Assembly: GCA_030704615.1 (NCBI GenBank) | Contig: CM060733.1 | Coordinates: 29,016,001-29,080,000, forward strand | DNA: 64,000 nucleotides | Source of the DNA: Takakia lepidozioides | Lineage: Eukaryota > Plantae > Bryophyta | Reading direction: 5' to 3' | Part shown: piece by piece, positions 41,075 through 53,215 of the stretch | Layout of the letters: each line of letters starts with the position of its first letter | How positions within the stretch are numbered: the first letter of the stretch is position 1 | Position numbers and translations under genes: made by a program | The notes under the pieces: generated by a model | What the model saw: only the letters and a program-made list of their open reading frames with translations | Database searches by the model: none | Told to the model about the DNA's origin: nothing

Positions 41075-44000
41075 TGCAGGGTATGCACAGTAGGGACGTG
41101 GGATGGAGGCTTTGGAGACCTATGAAGTTGCAAAGGGAGAGTTTGATAACATGGCTGAACGAGATGTTGTCTCAAGGAACACGCTGAATCTCGCAAGATA
41201 TGGCCAGCATGTGTGCGGGATGAGGGCATTGGAGACATGACAATGTTGCGAGGTGCAGCCTGACTGGGTCAGCAATTTTGTTATTCCAAATGTCGTGGCT
41301 TGTGCCATGTGCTGATGGGTTCACAAATATCATTGTAGTGTGTATGTTTGTTAAATTACCAATTTTAGGACGCGATCCTACGCCCATTTTAGATTTGCGT
41401 CCCAACAAGATCCCAAGCCTTGCTCCAACCCTCCTAAGGTAATCCACTCAACCACCTTACTTGGTAACCCCTCTCTTCCTGCACCTACCCTGCAAAGAGC
41501 CTATCCAAGCTTGGCCAACCACCCTCTCTTGTGGCACTTCCACATCATCTCCTCCTTGGGCTGTTTCCAAAGTAGCTTGTGCCCGCCCTTGCGTCTATAC
41601 AGATCTTAGTTTTTGGAGCTCACAAAGTTTGTATGTAGCTAGGTCACCTTGGATTGCCAGGACATGCCAACATGGGCGGGATTGCGGGTTTTGGAGACCT
41701 ATGAGCAAATGATGTGGGTCTAGGGGGTGAAGCCAAGCACATTACGTTTGTTTGTTGTTTGTGTGCATGTACAAAGCCTGTTGGAGAAGGGCAAGAGAGG
41801 TCCATGGTTGCATCGTTAAAGATCGATTGTGGTAGATGGTCATTTTGAACATGAATACCCTTCTGGATAGGAGTTGTTCAACAATATGGCTGACAAAATG
41901 TGGTTGTCGTGGAAAGTGATGATTGCAAACATGCACAACAGGGGCGGGGATTGCAGGTTTTGGAGACCTACGGCAGTTGATGTGGGAGGGGTGAAGTCCG
42001 ACCACATTCGTTCAGATAGGTTCAAATGCCTCTCCCCCATGACCTTGCTTAGCTAACCAGGCCTTGCTGATGTTTGTGTCTTGCACTTGAGGTTGTTTTT
42101 GGACCCTGGCTGGAACATCCACAAGGCGGCTCTGCTCGAGAGAAGAAATCAGCTTGAAAATGTAGGGACAGATTTTGAGATTCACAATCACCACTCAAAC
42201 GCTGTTCTTTGCATACCGGCATGGCATATCAACATGCATATCAGCCCAACCTCATTACTCCATGAGCCTTCCCCTGCCGTAGTGTGCCCATGTCAAGCCA
42301 GATCTTCGAAACGCCGGGAATGGAAAACGGGGTTTTGAAACCATCATTGCCCAACTGGATACCCAATTCAGCTCCCCATTCTTGGTTCATTATCTGCTGC
42401 ACATTGTAAGTTTTATGCCCATTCCCGCAAGTTGAAGAAGTAGTATTCTTAAACAAAAACACGGGTACTCATAAGCTGAAAATGGCTCCAGTTTATGTTG
42501 CTTGAGTGCGATATGAGTGTGTTGGCTTGGCAGCTTTACAATAGGTCCATCCCACTCGATATGATGAGCAAGTTCAGCTTGACTTCTCTCACACAAATAC
42601 GCTAGCCCAAGATGGGGTTTTTGCTCCCTACCGTCGTGTTTTCTGTGCTGCAACATACAATTAATCTGGCCCATGGCGAGGGGCCTTGCCTTCCATCATC
42701 ATCTGTAAGTCTTGTGAAACCTGTTTTTTGTGGCATTTGTAAGCAGTGGTAGCGATGGTGGGCTGTTGTAGGATTTGATGAACTCAATGTCGTGTACTGA
42801 CGCAACCCCTCATCTCTTATGCAAGCATTCAACAAGCCAATTGACTGCAGAGGATTTCAGCCCCCCACGTTTCTAGTTGCCTAATGTTCTTCATCTCCTG
42901 GGCAGAGCATTTTCCAGGGTCTGCATTAAAGTGATTGGCCACTGCAGCTGTACAAGATCTAAGCACTTGTTAGGTACTTATTCCTCTTTTTTCCAATTCA
43001 ATGTTTTGGAGGGTCTTCTTCCTCCTCTTGTACAGATAGGTTTAATTGTGTTCTGTCCTGGGTTTCCATGTAACTTAGGCACGGTTGTATAAAAATAGCG
43101 GTGGGTTGGTTGTTTGCTCTGCTTTGCAACACAGATGTATGGCAGACGATGGACTTACACTGATGCTGAGAGGGAAACCCGTGCTCTTCGAAAGGGTGCA
43201 AATATCAGGTTCATTGCAGAGCAAGCGATTATTTCTCAATGGGAAATCTCGATGATGAGGTGGTGCTGTTATGGAGCTTCTGGAGTTTGTGAATAATGAC
43301 ATTTTGATGTTGAACAGTCTGCAAGGTGGTACTATTATGCGGGTGCTATATACTCATTGTTGATGGAGAGGTTGTTGTACGATGTTGACAAACCTTTGGC
43401 AGGGGATTTAAAAAAGAAGTCCCTTCTTTGTGATGACACACTATCTTCTCATGTGGTTTAGGCTTCTCTTTCTGGTCTTGCGCTTGTTTGCACCACCCCA
43501 ATGAAGGTCAGTTCCCACCTGCTTGATTCTCTCCATAGGTTGTCTTGGCAAAGTTTCCCACAACCGCCTTTCCTTTTCAGACTGCCATTCATCAGCCTCA
43601 TTCTCCAATGCTTCACTTTCTTCCCAAATGAAGTGCTCTCCTCTTTTATTATGCTTCAATGTCCCTGCATGTTGTCTTTTCCTTCATCTCCCCGTGGTGC
43701 TTTCGATGAATGAGCACTGATTTGCATCTGTTGGCACACACTTACGGTGTCCCTGCTTCCTTGCATGCCACTGCAGGCCCGTCATTGACTTTCCTGGCAG
43801 GGAAGTCTCCTCCTTCCCTCATTTTCTGGCTCTGTTGGTGCCCCACTCACCATGCTATCAGGGCTGCATTTATTTCGTGGTGTTGCGCCAGCCAAGGGCG
43901 ATCTTTCACTGGTCCATTGTTGGCAGCAGCTGATTGGAGTCTTCCTTGGCAGAGTCTCCCACGAGCTCCCATCAGTTTCAGGGCATCAGGTTTTCTACCC

Positions 44001-45180
44001 TGCCCTTCCACTTGTCATAAGCGAGGTGGCTTGTCTTCCTCCTTTCACTCTTCAGCCTCTCAGGCAGATTTTTCTTCATGCGATTGCTGCTCCCATACTT
44101 TCCAGTCTTGTTAATTTTCTTCAGCCATCACCTTAGATTTTGACAAGTATTGCTGCCCTTCCTTGTGTCTTTTCCACTTCCAGCTACTGGTTTTATCCCA
44201 GATTCACCTCTCATCCTTGCCTGGGGTTTTGCTTGCCAAACATCCCTTGTGTGGGGAACTTCAACGAAAGGCAACATCTCATTCTCAGCTCATGTCTTTG
44301 TACCTCTTTGTAGCAGTCCAGCCTCGGGTGCCTCACTTTCCGATTGCTGGGTTGCATTCTTCGACCGCCAACCTTTGACAGGAAAGTGTGCTCCATCTTC
44401 CCTCATCTTCTACCGGTTCCCTTGATGCTTCACCTCGTATGTCTTCCTCCTCATGTTTTAGCAGGCACTCCCATGGAGGTGAGCTATTTCATGAGCATGA
44501 GCGGCATGAGCGGCATGAGCGGAGAATAAGAACAAAACTCGGTTTTCATGAGCAGAAGTACAAATTTCGAAATAAAAAAAAATATAATAAAAAATAATTT
44601 TAATGCAATGTGTCAGGAAAAACAAATATATTATTCGGCCCCTTGAAGGGAAAATTGTAGTTTTGACAGTTGTGCTCATGATATTTCGTCTTCCGCTCAT
44701 GTCAATTCCCAGCGACATGTGCAAATATGACGTCGAATTTCGCGGTAATAGGGTCCGTAACCTGAAAAAACGGCGACGTATTTCGCGGTAATAGGTCTCT
44801 CTGGCGAAAAATGGTGCCGAATTCCGCGGCTATAGGTCCCCTCATGACAGGTAATTCGGCGCCATTTTTCCAGTGCATGCTCGGACTTAGCCAGTTTTCG
44901 GCGCAAAATAGGGAAATTCGGCGCCATTTTTCCAGACACTGTACCAGTGCATGTTGGGACTTAGCCGGTTTTCGGCCCAAAAAAGAGAAATTCGGCGCCA
45001 TTTTTCCAGACACGGTACTAGTGCATGTTGGGACTTAGCCAGTTTTCGGCCATGTTTGTCATGGGCATGTCGGTGTCGGAGTCGAGACACATTTCCTGCA
45101 CAAGCACATGTTGAGGTTACAAGCAAGTTACAAATATGGCCAAGAATAATATTCAACGGGACGCGAATTCGTGCAACTCA

Positions 45181-46898
45181 CCTCCCGCATATAGTCGCCG
45201 AACTGGAGGAAACGATAATGCCACCATGCTAGCCAACTGACCATTGCTCCCTCGTCTGATTTCCTTACAGCACCTGACGATGTCCACCAAGCCCGTATAC
45301 ATGCAAATTGTGTCTCTGCATCATCCAAGGTGGGAGCGCGCTTCCACGCAAGGCACATGGAACGGTGCTCCTCTCTGAAATCTGGCGCCACGAGCCTGAT
45401 TGCGTACTGCGAAAGGCTCTGCAAAAAATGGAACCCACAAGATCTCTCCTTGCCTTCCATGGGAACATTGGGGTCTTGCCCGTACACCCTTCGGATGGCA
45501 GCCCAATTTGCTTGTGCGTTGTCCGCCATGAAACCACGGAAATTGGGAGGGGGCAATCCCGCCTTGGCCATCTGTTCGTTTATTCCCTGCCAAAGAAGCA
45601 TCTCCGATTGTGTGTCCTCTCCTTTCATCTCACAAATAGCAATTGTCATTAGCATCCTGCAGTGGGTGTCGTAGACATGTGCACCCATTGTCACCCACTG
45701 GTGATTTGTAATTCGCTTGATATGGTCGAACATGACCCAACTGTTTGACAAGTCCCCACTCGTCATCCTGTCGACCAGTTCGACGCCGCTGCCAGGTCCA
45801 CACGTGGACATTTTGAATACGAAACAACGATCTGCCTCAATCCCTTGTCCTGGAAACCTACTTCCATGAATGTAGTCATATCCACATCGTCGCTTCACCT
45901 CCAGAATGGAGTGCATATCCGAGCCACGCCCAATTTTCTGTTTGCATGAGACAATGTGGTTTCGGACATTCGGTGAACATACGTGGGACACCGACTCCAG
46001 CAATGCCTCCATTTCCTTCTCATCGAGAGGAACTCTATCGGAGCCGTCTTCCGACATAATTTGGCCAATGCCATCTTATGGGCGGCTTGGAGCTGTATCT
46101 GTTTGGGTTTGGCACCCGGTCTCAACTTAACCTCCTCCTGAACGAGCTGCTCTGCTTCGTGGGCAGCCTCCCGCGAGTTCCCCCTCGCCAATTTGTGACA
46201 ATGGGAACCAACGTGTATGCAAGCTCGGGTGAGGTCAGGGAAACGGTGCAACACATAGAACTGCTTGGCATTACAAACAGACATGCAGTGTGGTGGTTCT
46301 TTGCAATGCGCACACTTAAATGTGGAGTTCGGAACCTTCTCCTGAGCTCGAAATGGTTGATGAGCTGTGCCTGTCCAATCGGTCTCGTTCCTGTGACCTC
46401 TGGATTTAAAGTGGAAGCAAGTTGGGGAGAAAACACCGCAACGCGCCCGCACAAACAACGTAGCGCACCCCCACCATCGAGCATCTTCATGCTGGTGGTT
46501 TTGGTAACGCACCAAGGATGACCGTCATGTTTTCTATATATATCTGTCAACATTCCGGACGCCCTCGAGTAGTCCGCCCGAGGAGGGAACTCAAAGAAGA
46601 TATTACCGTCGACGTCGGCGGGAAGGCATGTAACCAATTTAATTGCGAACTTGCTGTACTCCAGCCCGGCCAGCTCCGACCGGTGTCCCTCCAGGTGAAG
46701 CCCTCGCAGAATTTCAAGAATAGATCGAATTGCGGTGCTCGTGCTGGGAATATGACTCCTTCCTCCACTGACGTCCATTGAGGACTTGCCTGATCTCCAG
46801 GACGACCTCGGAACTTCCATGACCTCGTCTGAGTCGGACAGGTTGTGAACAACCCGGTTCTCGCTCGTCTTCACCGGCACCTGTCCGACAGAAAACAT
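45181..46898 (-). pseudogene. MULE-type DDE transposase with N-terminal Cys/His (WRKY-GCM1-like) domain; frameshifted, C-terminal exon(s) not seen
   Basis: WVMFDHIKR (first Asp), GFMADNAQAN (second Asp), SCGFHF (CxxH); upstream CAHC...CNAK...IHVGSHCH. Ends at a GTGAGT donor near 45180. Confidence 0.75.
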
Positions 46899-47830
46899 CC
46901 CCCGGATGGAAATTCAGCGCCGAATTTCCATTCGGATCCACCCAAAGGAAGTCCTGTCGAGGGGTCAGGCCGAAAACTGGCCGACCTAAAAACCTCCGCG
47001 GATGGAAAAACGGCGCCGAATTTCTATCCGAGGCCTTTCGGATGCAGTCGGCTCGGGGGAAAGGCCGCCATCTGGCCCTCACATTACAACCCCCGGACGG
47101 AAATTTGGCACCGAATATACAACAGGGGAAGTCCGGATGAAGTCGCCTCGGGCGCAGAGGCCGGCTCGTGTGCGACAGAGAACATCCCCTAGATGGACAT
47201 TCGGCGCCGAATTTCCATCCGGGCCCCCCAAAAGGAAGTTGTGTCGGGGGGTCAGGCCGAAAACTGGCCGGCATAAAAACATCCCCAGATGGAAAAACTG
47301 CGCCGAATTTCCATCCGGGGCGGTTCGGATGCAGTCGGGGAGGGGGGAGAGGCCGACACCTGGCCGTCACATTTCAACCCCCGGACGGAAATTCGGCACC
47401 GAATATCCAACAGGGGACGCCCGGATGAAGTCGCCTCGGGCGTAGAGGCCGGCACGTGTTCGACAGAGAGCATCCCCTATATGGAGATTCGGCGCCGAAT
47501 TTCCATCCGGGCCCCCCCAAAGGAAGTCGTGTCGGGGGGTCAGGCCGAAAACTGGCCGACATAAAAACCTCCCCAGATGGAAAAACGGCGCCGAATTTCC
47601 ATCCGGGGCCGTTCCAATGCAGTCGGGGAGGGGGGAGAGGCCGGAACCTGGCCGTCATATTTCAACCCCCGGACGGAAATTCGGCACCGAATATCCAACA
47701 AAGCGGCGGAGAGGCCGGCACCTCTCCGACAGAGACCATCCCCCGGATGGAAATTCGGCGCCGAATTTCCATCGGGGCCCCCTCAAAAGAAGTCGTAAAA
47801 ACCTCCCATAATGGAAAAACGGCGCCGAAT
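46865..47830. repeat. Tandem repeat, ~288-bp unit x ~3.3
   Basis: CATCCCC..GATGG..ATTCGGCGCCGAATTTCCA recurs at about 46896, 47183, 47471 and 47738. Confidence 0.9.
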
Positions 47831-47999
47831 TTCCGTCCGAGGTTGTTCCGATTTGCCTCTAGCAGTCAAGGATTCCAAGAAAAACGTGTCTACAAGTGCA
47901 CTTCAGCCACAAAACAAACAGTTAGGTTTGTTTTTCTCCGAAAAATCAATCGGACACGCTCAGAATTACCTGCAGGAAGGTAATTCAGTGCTTCGAAAT

Positions 48000-48825
48000 A
48001 CTTGGCGAATGGAAATTCGGCGCCGAATATCCATACGCCAGCGATCCGAGTTACCTGCTGGATGGAAATTCGGCGCCGGATCTCCACCCATCCGGGATTC
48101 AAGTTACCTGCAGGATGGAAATTCGGCGCCGGATCTCCATCCATCCGGGATCCGACCAACCTTGCGGATGGAAATCTGGCGCCGGATTTCCATCCATCCG
48201 CCTCCAAATTACCTGCGTGAGGGAAATTTGGCGCGCCGCCCTACCTGCGCGGATGGAAATCCGGCGCCGGATTTCCATCCATCCGCTTCCGAATTACCTA
48301 CGTGAGGGAAATTTGGCGCGCCGCCCTACCGAATTTGCAGCGCCGACTTACCTGGAGGATGGAAATCCGGCGCCGGATTTCCATCCATCCGCGCTCCGAA
48401 TTACCTGCATGATGGAAATTTTGCGCGCCGACCTACCTGACGGATGGAAATCCGGCGCCGGATTTCCATCCATCCGCTCTTCGAATTACCTGCATGACGG
48501 AAATTTTGCGCGCCGACTTAGTTGGCGGATGGAAATCCGGCGCCGGATTTCCATCCATCCGCTCTTCGAATTACCTGCATGACGGAAATTTTGCGCGCCG
48601 ACTTACCTGGAGGATGGAAATCCGTCGCCGGATTTCCATCCATCCGCGCTCCGAATTACCTGCATGACGGAAATTTTGTACCTGGCGGATGGAAATCATG
48701 CGCCGGATTTCCATCCATCCGCTCACAAGTAACCTGCATGACAAAAATTTGCAGCGCCGACTTACCTGGAGGATGGAAATCCGGCGCCGGATTTCCATCC
48801 ATCCGCTCTTCGAATTACCAGCATG
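48000..48825. repeat. ~85-bp tandem repeat carrying the perfect 30-bp palindrome GGATGGAAATCCGGCGCCGGATTTCCATCC
   Basis: Perfect copies at 48251, 48357, 48442, 48527 and 48771; variants at 48612 and 48687 and upstream. Confidence 0.95.
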
Positions 48826-49588
48826 ACTGGAAAAATGGCGCCGAATTTCCGATTTTGGTGCCAGTCAGATCTCGGACTTAGCCATTTTCGGCCCCGAACT
48901 GGAAAAATGGCGCCGAAAAAATAAAAATAAAAAATAAAAATCGCCATTTTTCCAGTTCGGGGCCGAAAACGGCTAAGTCTTAGATCTGACTGGCACCAAA
49001 ATCGGAAATTCGGCGCCATTTTTCCAGTTCTGGGCCCAGTCAGATCTGGGACTTAGCCATTTTCGGCCCCGAACTGGAAAAATGGCACCAAAAAAAAAAA
49101 AAAAAAAAAAACGCCATTTTTCTAGTTCGGGGCCGAAAACGGCTAAGTCCCAGATCTGACTGGCACCCAAAATCGGAAATTCGGCGCCATTTTTCCAGTT
49201 CTGGGCCCAGTCAGATCTGGGACTTAGCCATTTTCGGCCCCGAAATGGAAAAATGGCGCCATTTTTCCAGTTCAGGGCCCCGAAAATGGCTAAGTCCCTA
49301 CGATGGCTGGAACCGCAACTGGAAATTCGGCACCATTTTTCCAGTTCCGCGCCCTATCAGATCTGGGACTTAGCCATTTTCGGCCCCGAACTGGAAAAAT
49401 GGCGTTTTTTTTTTTTTTTTTTTTTTTTTTCCTTCCGGTGCCATTTTTCCAGTTCGGGGCCGAAAATGGCTAAGTCCCAGATCTGACTAGGCCCGGAACT
49501 GGAAAAATGGTGCCGAATTTCCGATTTTGGTGCCAGCCACCCTAGGGACTTAGCCATTTTCGGCCCCGAAATGGAAAAATGTCGCCGG

Positions 49589-49624
<36 letters not shown>

Positions 49625-50420
49625 AACGCCATTTTTCCAGTTCGGGGCCGAAAATGGCTGTCCTAGATTTGACTGGCACCAAAATCGGATATTCGGCGCC
49701 ATTTTTCCAGTTCCGGGCCAAGTCAGATCTGGGACTTAGCCATTTTCGGCCCCGAACTGGAAAAATGGCACCGGAAATATTTTATTTTATTTTATTATAA
49801 AAAAAACTCCATTTTTCCAGTTCGGGGCCGAAAATGGCTAAGTCCCAGATCTGACTGGCACCAAAATCGGAAATTCAACGCCATTTTTCCAGTTTCGGGC
49901 CCAATCAGATATGGGACTTAGCCATTTTTGGCCCCGAAATGGAAAAATGGCGCTTTTTTTCCAGTTTAAGGCCCCGAAAATGGCTAAGTCCCTAGGGTGG
50001 CTAGAACCGCAACCGGAAATTCGGTGCCATTTTTCCAGTTCCGCGCCCTGTCAGATCTGGGACTTAGCCATTTTTGGCCCCGAACTGGAAAAATGGCGCC
50101 ATTTTTCCAGTTCGGGGCCGAAAATGGCTAAGTCCCTAGGGTGGCTGGAACCGCAACCGGAAATTCGGCGCCATTTTTCCAGTTCCGCGCCCTGTCAGAT
50201 CTGGGACTTAGCCATTTTTGGCCCCGAACTGAAAAAATGCCGAAAATGGCTAAGTCCCTAGGGTGGCTGGCAGCAAAATCGGAAATTCGGCGCCATTTTT
50301 CCAATTCAGGGCCCCGAAAATGGCTAAGTCCCTAGGGTGGCTGGAACCGCAACCGGAAATTCGGCGCCATTTTTCTAGTTCCGCGCCCAGTCAGTTCTGA
50401 GACTTAGCCATTTTCGGGCC
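48826..50420. repeat. Foldback array of units in alternating orientation separated by poly(A)/poly(T) spacers
   Basis: GGACTTAGCCATTTTCGGCCCCGAACTGGAAAAATGG and its reverse complement alternate; a related motif occurs at 44800-45050. Confidence 0.92.
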
Positions 50421-51974
50421 CAACCTAGGAAAATGGTGATGAAAATGGTTTACGAGTGAGTGGTCGCATTGTAAGTTGCCTCCTGCTTTTGTGAGGCACC
50501 TCCCCTCGCTCTTTTATTTCATTGAAAGACCGTTTCTGCTTCTGCTGGTATTGACATTCTTCGTGGATTTGTTCTTACTGTAGGAGGGACGTCTACACCG
50601 TAGTTCATGGGCAGGAGGAACGTGCATTTTTTTGTCAGGTGGGATTTCATGCCTAGTCCAGAAAGGGACTACATCCTTCCTACTTATGTTGCCCGGCTTG
50701 CTTCGGTGTCCATTAGGAGGTGTTCCGAACCTAGTCGTGTACAACAGATTTTAGACGAGGCAAGCCTCAAGAAAATGAAGGTGAGGGAGGAGGCAGCAGC
50801 TATTAGAGCCCGTCAGGCTCGTAGATTTGTCTTGGATTCAGCTGAGGAAAGTGGGGGAGAAGATGCAGAAGATTCCCAGGAGGTGAGGTGGACAGTCTCC
50901 CAAGAGGACGGGATTTTTGAGAGGCATAGTGGAACTGATGCATCACAGAGCTCGGAGGATGAGGGGGATGAGGAAGAAGGTGGGGCAAGTTCCTCGGAGG
51001 GTGTAGGAGAGTAGTGCCCATTCCGGCTATGACAGTTAGAACACACTTGTATAGACGAGGCTTGCCACAAAATTTGCAATAAAATGTTGTATTTCAAGTC
51101 CACTGGTGCCACATTCCAACTTCACATGACCCTATTTCCGTGCCTCCTAACCCTATTTCCGTGGATTCACAATGGTCTGCTCATGCTTTTTTTTTTTCCG
51201 CTCATGCTCATGCCGCTCATGAAATAGCAGCCCCCCTCCCATGCCTGAATTGCTACTTTTCCTCGTAGTTGATCTTGTGCTTTCCTTTTTCTCCGTAGCT
51301 TAATCAATTGTTTTGTCTTGGCAGCTCCCTTGCCATGAGTGCCTTGTCTCACTGCATCTCCCTTGGCTGCCCACCATCCGTGGAGTCTTTCTTGCACTAT
51401 TCTGACCCTCGTTGGCATGCACTTTGCTGCGATGCCCCACATGTATTTGCTGCTCCCTTTAATCATCAACATGCTCCAGAGCCAGTTCCTCATTGTTGAC
51501 CAGTTGACCTTCTCAGCCCTTGGATCCCATTTCCCTTCTCCCATGTTGCCTCGTCTTTCTGCTTCATCATTTGCTTTACTTGCACGATGTTGCTTCTTCC
51601 CTACAGCTCATCATGTGTTGTGGCTCTTTCCCATGTTGCACTCACTCCCATCACACGTTGTGCAGTTGATAAAACTGAGATGAATTGATGCAGGATAGGG
51701 GGAGGGCTTGCTGGTGTATGTTGTCTGATAGGCCCCACGCACAGAGTCAAAGCTGGAAGTCAGCCTTGCAAGGACCCAAGTGAGAGAAGTCTGGTGGGGG
51801 TAGCATCTTGGGGGATGGCAGTTAGAGCAATGTGTGTCTAGGGCAATATATGTCATAGCAGCGGGTGATGTGCTGCCAATTTTGAGGATAGAGACAGCCT
51901 GTAAGCTGTAAATTTGTATCAGTGGTTTCTTCTGACACATATTGCTCCCAGTTTGCCACAACCAGTTTTTTTTG

Positions 51975-52110
51975 CGTTTGTAGTGCATGTGCGAGCTGCT
52001 GGGGAAGCGCAAAGAGGTCCATGGTTGCATCGTCAAAGCTGGAATTGTGGCAGATGTCATTCTGAACAATACCCTTGTGGATAGGGAGTGTTCAACAATA
52101 TGGCTGAGCA
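51975..52110 (+). pseudogene. Second PPR fragment, paralogous to 41760-41895
   Basis: KEVHGCIVKAGIVADVILNNTLVD...VFNNMA. Confidence 0.7.
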
Positions 52111-53215
52111 AAGGATAGAGTGTAATGACTGCTAATGAAGGCACCTTCTTCAATTTCACCTTGTTTTCCCTTCTTATCATAATTGCCTCTAATTATTCAT
52201 GTCTGAATTCTGCAAGTTAGCTGGTTGAGTGAAGCTTTGATAGTTTGGAGTGACCTTGACATGATTCTGCTAATGTGACAACAGGAAAGTATCAGAAACA
52301 GGTAACACAGACGAGGAGAAGTTGTGGAATGAATACTTTTCTGACCCCAGTCAATGGTAGGACAATCGAGGCAAGAAGGTGAATGTTTGTTGGATTATAG
52401 AGAGTAGCAGATGCAATTGAGCGTAGGAACTAGTGTGATAAGTTGAGTTGGGTGCTTCCTAGAACAAGTCTAGGCTGTCATCATCAACTGCTAGCAACAA
52501 GGCAAGGTTATATGCATGATTCGTGCGAGGCATGGATAGCTGAAAGAGCAAGGATAGAGTGTGGGAGCAGATTCACCCAAGAGGGCCGGACTTCAAGCTC
52601 CAGATTAACTATGAAGCTACAAGAAACCTGCATGGATAGATGGTCAACTGGCAGCAACGGCACAATTGATAAAATCAGACATTGTTAATGAAGGCATCTT
52701 CTTCAGCACATTTCACCCTGTTTTTCCCTCTTATCAGAATCAGCCCAAAATTTCCATGTTGAATTCTGCAAGTTAGCTGGTTGAGTGAATCTAGTTTGGA
52801 GTGACCTTGACATGATACTGCTATGTGACAACAGGAAAGTATCAAAAAACAAGTAACAGACATGAGGAGAAGCTGTGGAATGAATACTTTTATGCCCCTA
52901 GTCAATGATGGGACAACCGAGGCAAAAAGGTGAATGCCTGCTACATTTCAGAGAGTAGCAGATGCAATTGAGCATAGGAACTAGTGTGATAAGCTGAGTT
53001 GGGTGTTTCCTAGAACAAATGTAGGTTGTCATTGTCAGCTACTAGCAGCAAGGCAAGGATGAATGCATGATTTGTGCAGGGGGCATGGATAGCTGAAGGA
53101 GCAGGGATAGAGTGTGGTCCAGATTCATCCTAAAGGGCCAAATTTCAAGCACAAGATTACCTATGATTCCCTGTGGATCAATAACTACAAGAAACCTCCA
53201 TGGGTAGATGGTCTA
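52110..53215 (+). repeat. Diverged tandem duplication, ~550-bp unit x2
   Basis: AAGGCA.CTTCTTCA...GAATTCTGCAAGTTAGCTGGTTGAGTGAA...AACTAGTGTGATAAG is present from 52138 and from 52691. Confidence 0.85.

Larger units (their letters stand above)
34093..42060 (+). pseudogene. Fragments of a PLS-class pentatricopeptide repeat gene (34093-34126 joined to 41080-41250; 41600-42060), interrupted by the Ty3 element
   Basis: Across the TSD: RDVVSWSAMLAG|YAQ*GRGMEALETYE. Also FDNMAERDVVS, EVHGCIVK and LFNNMA..VVSW. Confidence 0.75.
44476..51235 (-). mobile_element. MULE-like DNA transposon, 6.76 kb
   Basis: Imperfect TIRs GAGGTGAGCTATTTCATGAGC / GGGGGCTGCTATTTCATGAGC with CATGAGCGG subterminal repeats. 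8-bp TSD CTCCCATG at 44468-75 and 51236-43. Confidence 0.85.

Noticed and set aside
48000-48825. CRISPR-like array of 30-bp palindromic repeats
   Set aside because: Spacers are near copies of each other, the context is a eukaryotic TE, and no cas genes are present; it is a tandem repeat.
46714-50335. Many ORFs with MEIRRRISI / GWKFGAEFP repeats
   Set aside because: These are translations of GC-rich tandem repeats on both strands.
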